Shown here in pieces: positions 56,751 through 64,000 of a stretch of DNA of 64,000 bases. Every line of letters starts with the position of its first letter. Within the stretch, counting starts at the first letter, position 1. A program made the translations under genes and the position numbers. This DNA comes from Clostridia bacterium (GTDB lineage Bacteria > Bacillota > Clostridia > UMGS1810). The stretch is taken from positions 7,396 through 71,395 of the forward strand of contig JAZSCT010000034.1 of the NCBI GenBank assembly GCA_045530725.1. The letters are read 5' to 3'. The notes beneath the pieces were generated by a model. It saw only the letters and a list, made by a program, of their open reading frames with translations. It was not told the origin of the DNA and made no database searches.

Positions 56751-59700
56751 TCAGATTTTGATAATTTTGTTACAGTTCAAAAGGCAAATATAGCATTCGT
56801 CACAGTCTTTACCCGTGATTTCACAAATAGCATCTTTATAAAGAAGAATCTGATTTTTGTAATTTGCCCTGATTTTATCTTCATCATCTGTTTTGTCTGT
56901 CTTGTAATCAACCAGAGTATAGTTTCCTCTTTCGTTTTCAAAAAACAGATCCACCGTACCCTGAATGACTATTGTTTCGTCACTATCTTCAAAGTGTTCC
57001 GAGACTTCTTTTGCACTTTTGAGCACCTTGAACGGAAACTCTCTGTAAACAGACGGGCTTTTTAAAATTCTCCGTCCCAAATCACTTTTTAAAAATTCCA
57101 CAACAGATTCAGCATCTACAAGTTTCATATCATCTTCTGTAAAGAAATTCTTTTCTGCCATTTTCTCCATAAATGACTTAACATAAGATACAGAAATATC
57201 CTCACAAAAATCAATATGTTTAAGCACAAGATGAGTTATTGTTCCCTTTCTTGCATGAGAATCCTTCACATCTTTTTTTCTTTCTCTTATAGGTGGGATT
57301 GAATAGTATGAATAGTCTTCATCATTTTCAAGTCTGTTGTAAAACTCTTTAAGTTCCGTTACGGTAAATGCAGTCGGAATGTCATTTGTATATCCTGGAT
57401 AAACATATGTAAATCTTTTGTAAATATCAGATGATGTAAGCGAAGTATCGTCCTCTTCCCCCATATTAAGCATTGTTTTTGCATCAAAGGATGCATCATC
57501 CATATAAGCATCCGAGATGTCAAGTGTGTGTGAGTCGATGATACTTAACTTAAATGCAGTATCTTCAGTTCTGTATTCACCAACATAAGTAGGATTATCC
57601 TTCTCTATATATAGTACGCTCGGTATAATCCAGTCAAAGAAACACTTGGCTCCTAAAAGTATATCCTGAGGGAACGGTTTATCATATGAGGCATACACAT
57701 CATATTTTGCCAGAGTTTTGTATGCATCAGGAATACACCCTACCATTATAAGTTTTTCTCTGGCTCTTGTCAATGCAACATAAAGAACTCTCTCCTCTTC
57801 GGATATTCTTTCATTGTTTATAATTTCCTTAATTGAAGTGAAGGAAATAAGCGGATAAGAAAAGTGGCTTGTAATATCAGAATACTTAAGTCCGATACCC
57901 AGTTTTTTGTGCAAGAGAAAATCTCCTCTTTCTTCAAAAGGATTAAACTGCCTTGCACATCTTGCAAGAATTACAACAGGAAATTCAAGTCCTTTGCTCT
58001 TGTGGATAGACATTATTCTTACTACATTTTCCGATTCGTCTATAAGAGATGCTGAGGGAGAATCCTTTTTTCCACGAAGGTTTTCGTTGATAAAATGAAT
58101 GAAATTAAATATTCCCTTAAAATCCGTATTGCCGAATTCTTCTGCTCTCTTTATAAAAAGTCTTACATTAGCCAAAGCCTGTCCCGGAATTTCAAGGGAC
58201 ATAACATACTCATTGAAGTTAGTTTCATCAATAAGATAATTCAAAAAGTCAACTGTGGAGAGAAGTTTTGACTGAGTTCTTAACTTTTCAAGTAATTTAA
58301 GAAAATTACTTATCTTAAGTCCGAGAGCGTCTTTGTATGTGGATTCATAAAGTCTCATAGCATTTATGAAGTAGTCGTTTTTGTCACAAAGACGGATTTT
58401 CATAAATTCGTTTTCGTCAAAATCAAATATGCTGAGCCTTAAAGCACTAATTAGTTCAATGTCATCAAGAGGATTAAGTACCACCTTGATCACCGAAATA
58501 AGAGAAGAAATCTCCTCGGAATAAAGATATCCCTCATTGTAGTCGGTAAACACAGGTATGGAATACATTTTGAGAATATCTGTATAAACCTGCACATGTC
58601 CTTTAAGACTGCTCATAAGGACGGCAATATCCGAATACTTTATTTCTCTGAATCCTTTTTCCTTGTCAAATACCAGTTCTTTTGAATCGATAATCTGGCG
58701 AATCTTTTTTGCAATATAAATTGCCTCTGCGCTGTCAACAGTAAGTGCTTCTTCATCATCAGGGAAGTTTTCCTTTTCGAAGTTAATAATATCCACATCA
58801 ACGGTCTTAAAAAAATCTCTTTCTGTATAAGGCGAGTTTTCGTTATAATACAGATATTCATCCTCGTTGTATGTAAGACCGCCTACATCCTCTGTCATTA
58901 CACATGAAAAAATATGATTTACTGCACCAAGTATTTCACATCTACTGCGGAAGTTTTTGTTCAGAGTGATAAGTGAACAAGGCGAAACATCTGATGCATC
59001 ATATCTTGTATAAGTCTTTTGTTTGGATGTAAAAAGCGACGGATCAGCATCACGGAATCTGTAGATGCTCTGTTTTGGGTCACCAACCATAAAAATATTG
59101 TTTTGCCCCTCTTCCATCCTTGATACAAGAGTAAATATCCTTTCCTGAACATTGTTACAGTCCTGATATTCGTCTATATATATTTCCTCGAAGGATTCTG
59201 AAAGGATCCTGGCATAATCGGTTTTTTTGCCATTTTCATCCATGAGACATTTCAGAGACAAATGCTCATAATCTGAATAATCAACAAGATTTTTCTTAAA
59301 TTTAAGATCAGAAAACTCCACCGAAAAATCACGTACAAGAGAGTATATTGTCTCAATATATGAAGCGGCATTTTTCATCCCTTCCACAAGTTCTTCTTCA
59401 GGAAGTGAAATGATGCTTTTTATACCGTTTAAAAGTTCCTTACCTTCGTTTCTTAAAGAGACCGCTTTCTCAGATATATCGGGATCCATATTTTTGACAT
59501 ATGACTGACTTCTTGTTTTGAACTTAATCCCGCTGAAATATTCATAGGCTTTTGTCCATTCCGAAAGACTTTTAATTCCTTCGTCACAGATATTCATCTC
59601 ATCTGAAAGAAATTCAGACAGCTTCACACCCTCCTTATCAAGATCACACAAAGAAATGGCTTTTTTGTATATGGAAAAAGCCTTCTTTACCATATATGAT

Positions 59701-60329
59701 GCCTTGTTAAGAAGAACATCCTGATATACTTTCACATTGCCGCATCTATACTGATTTACAACCTCATCAAGCCACTTTTCAGGCTCAGGAAAGGACCTTG
59801 AGAAATCATATATCTTAATAATTATATCAATAAGTGCAGAATCGGTTCTTCTTGTGTATGATGAAACAAGTTTCAGAAAGTTACTGTCCCCTGATTCATA
59901 GAATCTTTCAAACACATTGTCTATGGCCTCTTTTTTTATAAGTTCTATTTCTGCAGGGTCACCTGTACGAAACTGCGGATCAAGACCCAGAGTGTTGAAA
60001 TTTGATCTTATAATATCAAGACAGAAACTGTGAATAGTGGAAAAATGCGAATTGGCACTTAATGCAAGTTGCTTTTTGAGTCGGACATCGTCGGGATTCT
60101 CGTTAATTTTTTTCATAATATTTGCATTGATTCTTTCCCTGATTTCCGATGCAGCCGCATTTGTAAAAGTCATCACAAGTATCTTGTCAATGTCACAGCC
60201 ATCTTCATCCATTATACGTCTTATTATTCTTTCTGTCATAACGGCGGTTTTTCCGCTGCCGGCAGACGCACTTACAAGAAGATTGGTTACGGGGGCGCAT
60301 ATAGCGTCAGATTGTTCAGTTGTCCACAT
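56751..60329 (-). CDS. addA: ATP-dependent helicase/nuclease subunit A
   Basis: 1192 aa with UvrD-type Walker A SASAGSGKTAV, DEYQDCN, and a C-terminal RecB-type nuclease (VDLFFE...LVDYKTD). Confidence 0.92.
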   Translation of the reverse strand: MWTTEQSDAICAPVTNLLVSASAGSGKTAVMTERIIRRIMDEDGCDIDKILVMTFTNAAASEIRERINANIMKKINENPDDVRLKKQLALSANSHFSTIHSFCLDIIRSNFNTLGLDPQFRTGDPAEIELIKKEAIDNVFERFYESGDSNFLKLVSSYTRRTDSALIDIIIKIYDFSRSFPEPEKWLDEVVNQYRCGNVKVYQDVLLNKASYMVKKAFSIYKKAISLCDLDKEGVKLSEFLSDEMNICDEGIKSLSEWTKAYEYFSGIKFKTRSQSYVKNMDPDISEKAVSLRNEGKELLNGIKSIISLPEEELVEGMKNAASYIETIYSLVRDFSVEFSDLKFKKNLVDYSDYEHLSLKCLMDENGKKTDYARILSESFEEIYIDEYQDCNNVQERIFTLVSRMEEGQNNIFMVGDPKQSIYRFRDADPSLFTSKQKTYTRYDASDVSPCSLITLNKNFRSRCEILGAVNHIFSCVMTEDVGGLTYNEDEYLYYNENSPYTERDFFKTVDVDIINFEKENFPDDEEALTVDSAEAIYIAKKIRQIIDSKELVFDKEKGFREIKYSDIAVLMSSLKGHVQVYTDILKMYSIPVFTDYNEGYLYSEEISSLISVIKVVLNPLDDIELISALRLSIFDFDENEFMKIRLCDKNDYFINAMRLYESTYKDALGLKISNFLKLLEKLRTQSKLLSTVDFLNYLIDETNFNEYVMSLEIPGQALANVRLFIKRAEEFGNTDFKGIFNFIHFINENLRGKKDSPSASLIDESENVVRIMSIHKSKGLEFPVVILARCARQFNPFEERGDFLLHKKLGIGLKYSDITSHFSYPLISFTSIKEIINNERISEEERVLYVALTRAREKLIMVGCIPDAYKTLAKYDVYASYDKPFPQDILLGAKCFFDWIIPSVLYIEKDNPTYVGEYRTEDTAFKLSIIDSHTLDISDAYMDDASFDAKTMLNMGEEDDTSLTSSDIYKRFTYVYPGYTNDIPTAFTVTELKEFYNRLENDEDYSYYSIPPIRERKKDVKDSHARKGTITHLVLKHIDFCEDISVSYVKSFMEKMAEKNFFTEDDMKLVDAESVVEFLKSDLGRRILKSPSVYREFPFKVLKSAKEVSEHFEDSDETIVIQGTVDLFFENERGNYTLVDYKTDKTDDEDKIRANYKNQILLYKDAICEITGKDCDECYICLLNCNKIIKI

Positions 60330-63300
60330 AATTATCTTCCTCCAGTCTTTCCCATACCGAATCTGCTTTTAAAGTTTCGATATTTCTGAATTTACCTTTG
60401 AATCTGCAAACAGAAGAAAAGTCACAGTATGAACACGAACTGTGAACACCTTTCACATACGGATCTATTGTATATATACCTTCCATAATCCCCTGTGCAA
60501 GTTCAGTTGCCTTCTTCTCCAGATGATTAAACAGAATATAGAATCTGTCCTCCGATGCTGCATTTCTCTTATTGGAATTAAATGTATCAATATCAAAAGC
60601 ATCACCAAGAGAATCCTCCGAAGAGATAAGTCCTTTCAGGGAGTAATGCTTTTCCGTTTCATCCTGAAGTTTTTGGATATCATCGTACTTTTTGCCTAAA
60701 AGGATGAAGTCATTTATCTTAAAATACAATGCACCTGCAGGCCTGTAATCGGGATTTGATCTGGTAAGAGCATCCAGATACACAAAAAGTTGAAAATCAA
60801 GCCCGTAGAAAAGATTTTCAAAAGAAAATTCCTTGTTGTTTGTCTTGTAGTCGATAACTCTTATAAATTCCCCGTCAGGAGTTTTGTAGGAGTCTGCTCT
60901 GTCTATTACTCCTGTGAGTTTCACGGTTTTGCCTGAGTTAAGTTTCAGTTCAACACAACCAAGCCCCTTATCATCAAATCTGATTTCATAACCCAAGGGA
61001 GAAAACCTGGAGTCTGCAATCTGTCTTACAAGATGGATAAAGGATGCACTTAAGGTCTCTTCAAGCCGTGTAATCTTAAATCGCTCTCTTGCTGAAACTC
61101 TGTCTATATCGATTCCCATATCTTTGGTTATTTCTCTGATGTAATAAGCCACTCTTTCTCTGATATAGTTTTCGTCTATACCGGAAAAATGATCAAACTT
61201 TGTCTCTGCTTCTTTGCAAAGCATCTCAAAAACTGCATGAGAAAGCGTACCTATATTTGCAAAATCAATTTCTCTTGTATATCTCGGTTCAAGATTAAGC
61301 ATAAATCTTAAAAAATATGAGAACTTGCATGCTGCAAATTTTTCAAGTCTTGTTACTGTAGTATATAACACATCGGAAAAATACTTATCTTTAACTTCAT
61401 CAGAAAGCATTGCGGGGTTTTCTGACTTAAGAAGTGATCTTTTCAGTATATCTGCTTTTTTGGGATAAATGAGAGATAGAACAGAGAACACCCTCTCCCA
61501 CTTTTTTGTATCTTTTCTGATGCCCTGCAAAACATATTCCCAACTTGTATATGGCGAATTCAGAATAAAGTCTTCGTCATCATCAGAAACATATACAGTA
61601 TCAATCCCCAAATTCCTCTTTATCATAGTGACAACCATTGCTTCACGGGCAGTATCGCCTGTGATTTCTGTGTATGGGTATGATATGTAAAGGGATTTTT
61701 CAGGTATCGTCAGAACAGAATACACAAGAAATCTCTGATAATATATTTCATCAAGACTGTTTTTGATAAATTCTATGTTATACTCTGACAAAACATCCTT
61801 TTCGCCAGTTGTAAAAATACCAAAGGTGGAAGGCTTCTTCGGGAAGGAATTTTCCGTAGCACCAAGCACAAACAAAACCTTCACATTCTTGATTCTGGAA
61901 CGGTCTGCATTGCCCACAGTCACACAATCGGAGGATGTGGGAAGAAGACCTATTGAACTGGAGGTAAATGCTACCTTCAGATAGGTATAAAACTCCTTCG
62001 GATTAATAAGAGTGTCAGAAAGGCCTTCGCTGATTTCATCAAGTATGGAAATGATTTTGTTCCATACAAGAGTTACGGTTTTTGCTTCATCAAGCATTGA
62101 CAATGCTTCGAAGTCTTTTATTTCACTTACAATTTTCTTTTCGAATCCGCTGATTTTCATATAATCATACAAAGCATCACACATTTTTTCTGCAATATGA
62201 CGGCCTTTGATACGATTATGAAATTCTGTGATTGATTTAAGAAACTTATTTCTGGAAGAATTAATAATCTTAAGATACTTTTCGTTTAAGTCCTCTCTTC
62301 TTGAAAACTTGTCCAGTTTATCATTCCATCTTAAATCATTTATCCAGTCGGATTTGTTTATACTCATATTAAGCACATACTCTTCCAGTATATCAATCTC
62401 TTCGTCAGTCATATCAAGAAATCCAAGTCTTAAATAAGAAAAAATGGATTCATAAGAATAACTCTCTGTGTATATCCTCAAAGCACCAAGTACAAACTGA
62501 GCAGGATGAATATCTATAAGCGGTGTTTTTTCGTCTATAAATGTACGAATATTAAATTTTTTGAACACATCGTCTATAATACCTGAATAAGCATCAAGGT
62601 TTGAACATATTACCGCAATATCCTTAAACTTAAATCCTTCATCCCGACACAAAGACAGTATCTTTGATGCGGTATGTTTCACCTCGGATACAGCATCAAA
62701 ATATGAATTGATACTAACATTATTCTCTGTATATCCTACTTTTTCAAAAGAAGAATAGATATTTTTTTCTATGTTATAAAGTGCAGAATCTTTTTTGTGA
62801 CGCATATTTTCGCCTAAAAACTGACTTTTGTGCACTTTGATTCCGTTTTTGGCTGCTCCATCGATAAGTTTTGAAGAAGTGATTATGGATGGAGAAAAGA
62901 AAGAGAATCTGCTCTCTTTTGTATAGTTTAATACGTCAGTACACAAAGACACCGTTACTTCCTTGGCGGATTTTGATATTTCAAAAATCACATCAAGTTC
63001 CGGTGGGATAAAACTTGAAAATTCATCAAAAAAAACATAAGCCCCATCAAAAAATCCTGACGTACCTATCATACCTCTTACACTTGTAAGAAGGTCAGTA
63101 GAATCAGTATATTTTTCTTTGAGGATATTCTGATATGAAGAGTATATTTCTGCTATATCAGACAACTTTTCTTTTGTCATCTGATTTGAAATATTATCCT
63201 TAAGTTTAAGTATGTCATCAGGAAAAACACAATACTTTTTAAAACCTGTGATCATATCATTCATCAATGACACAAAACCTTCATTGGAAGACATCCTTGA

Positions 63301-63615
63301 ATACAGTTTGAGATTGCCAGAATTAATTGCCTTGCTCATAAGGACAGAACGCACAGTATCACTTATAACGTCACAAACAGATTCTCCCGATTCTTCATAA
63401 ACTCTTTGTATAATTCTTTCAAAACTGATTACCTGACAGGATAATGGCGAAATACTGCCGATTATATCCATAATTTTTCTTTCGGTCATATGAGTAAACT
63501 GTTCGGGCACACAAAGAAAAACCTTTTTTCCGCTATGGACAAGGCTTCTGATATTCTGATAGATATTATAACTTTTTCCGCTTCCTGCTCTTCCGTACAA
63601 GATCTTAAGTCCCAT
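60316..63615 (-). CDS. addB: ATP-dependent helicase/nuclease subunit B
   Basis: 1099 aa with GRAGSGKS, a C-terminal nuclease (VIDRAD...VIDYKTN), and Fe-S cysteines CSYCDFSSVC. 14-nt overlap with addA. Confidence 0.9.
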   Translation of the reverse strand: MGLKILYGRAGSGKSYNIYQNIRSLVHSGKKVFLCVPEQFTHMTERKIMDIIGSISPLSCQVISFERIIQRVYEESGESVCDVISDTVRSVLMSKAINSGNLKLYSRMSSNEGFVSLMNDMITGFKKYCVFPDDILKLKDNISNQMTKEKLSDIAEIYSSYQNILKEKYTDSTDLLTSVRGMIGTSGFFDGAYVFFDEFSSFIPPELDVIFEISKSAKEVTVSLCTDVLNYTKESRFSFFSPSIITSSKLIDGAAKNGIKVHKSQFLGENMRHKKDSALYNIEKNIYSSFEKVGYTENNVSINSYFDAVSEVKHTASKILSLCRDEGFKFKDIAVICSNLDAYSGIIDDVFKKFNIRTFIDEKTPLIDIHPAQFVLGALRIYTESYSYESIFSYLRLGFLDMTDEEIDILEEYVLNMSINKSDWINDLRWNDKLDKFSRREDLNEKYLKIINSSRNKFLKSITEFHNRIKGRHIAEKMCDALYDYMKISGFEKKIVSEIKDFEALSMLDEAKTVTLVWNKIISILDEISEGLSDTLINPKEFYTYLKVAFTSSSIGLLPTSSDCVTVGNADRSRIKNVKVLFVLGATENSFPKKPSTFGIFTTGEKDVLSEYNIEFIKNSLDEIYYQRFLVYSVLTIPEKSLYISYPYTEITGDTAREAMVVTMIKRNLGIDTVYVSDDDEDFILNSPYTSWEYVLQGIRKDTKKWERVFSVLSLIYPKKADILKRSLLKSENPAMLSDEVKDKYFSDVLYTTVTRLEKFAACKFSYFLRFMLNLEPRYTREIDFANIGTLSHAVFEMLCKEAETKFDHFSGIDENYIRERVAYYIREITKDMGIDIDRVSARERFKITRLEETLSASFIHLVRQIADSRFSPLGYEIRFDDKGLGCVELKLNSGKTVKLTGVIDRADSYKTPDGEFIRVIDYKTNNKEFSFENLFYGLDFQLFVYLDALTRSNPDYRPAGALYFKINDFILLGKKYDDIQKLQDETEKHYSLKGLISSEDSLGDAFDIDTFNSNKRNAASEDRFYILFNHLEKKATELAQGIMEGIYTIDPYVKGVHSSCSYCDFSSVCRFKGKFRNIETLKADSVWERLEEDNYVDN

Positions 63616-63756
63616 AACAAATCACCTCATATATTTCTACATTTATTTTACATCAAATTTTTCATTTCGGCAAGTATCTTAAGATAATAAATTTCACCTT
63701 GTAAAATTTGGTATTCCGTGATAAAATAATATAAAGTTTTAAATCAGGAGTTTACA

Positions 63757-64000
63757 ATGTTAAAAGATAAAAAAGAAATCTTCAAAGGAATGGACATATT
63801 TCTTCTTGTAATCACATGTTTGAGTATGCTTTACGGCATTATAATGATTTCAAGTGCAGTCCGTTCCTATGATACAAGTTTTAAATTTGTAATAATACAG
63901 GGTGTAGGTATAGTATTGGGACTTGCAGTTATGCTCTTAATCTCAAGATTTGACTATGATTACTACAGCGATTTTTCCATACTGATATACACAGTATGTA
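63757..64000 (+). CDS. FtsW/RodA/SpoVE family protein (partial; 3' end outside window)
   Basis: ATG 63757 follows CAGGAG. Product starts MLKDKKEIFKGMDIFLLVITCLSMLYGIIMISSAV...IIQGVGIVLGLAVMLLISRFDY, typical of a SEDS N-terminus. Open to the window end, so absent from the ORF track. Confidence 0.7.
   Translation, partial: MLKDKKEIFKGMDIFLLVITCLSMLYGIIMISSAVRSYDTSFKFVIIQGVGIVLGLAVMLLISRFDYDYYSDFSILIYTVC

Overview
64-kb, densely coding stretch of a low-GC Firmicutes (Clostridia-like) chromosome, mostly housekeeping genes. In order: a GldA/F/G-type ABC-2 transporter operon ending in a partial DUF4340-like gene; aspS-hisS; an unknown polytopic membrane protein; a complete glycogen operon (glgB-glgC-glgD-glgA-glgP plus a GH13 enzyme); a polysaccharide deacetylase; trmD behind a SAM methyltransferase; an HxxxD acyltransferase, Zn-ribbon membrane protein and Gfo/Idh/MocA oxidoreductase; tRNA-Gly(GCC); veg; icd; a YigZ-family gene. 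A 19-kb minus-strand block follows: mgsA, MinD-like, PBP2, mreDCB, maf, Gx transporter, NusG_II protein, U32 peptidase, zapA, DUF1858, tmcAL, UPF0210 plus ACT protein, rlmB, aspartokinase, hom, dnaX, SRP RNA, secG. The window ends with a ParE/ParC-like type IIA topoisomerase pair, an ABC exporter, a Card1/Can2-like CARF-nuclease gene, addBA with a small membrane coiled-coil gene, and the start of a rodA/ftsW-family gene. There is no CRISPR array, rRNA, transposase or prophage. The best candidates for something new are: (1) a stand-alone CARF + restriction-endonuclease-fold effector with no CRISPR or cyclase partner, apparently co-transcribed with an ABC exporter beside addAB; (2) two copies of a ~116-nt imperfect palindrome that fill the SRP-RNA/dnaX spacer; (3) an uncharacterised acyltransferase plus Zn-ribbon membrane protein module; (4) an Asn/Lys-rich 46-codon micro-ORF with a strong Shine-Dalgarno. 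Four decayed gene fragments (KDPG aldolase, NodB deacetylase, AraC HTH, sugar-phosphate isomerase) sit in intergenic gaps. All calls come from reading the sequence and translations by eye; no searches were run. Many ORF-track starts were moved to internal starts with better ribosome-binding sites.
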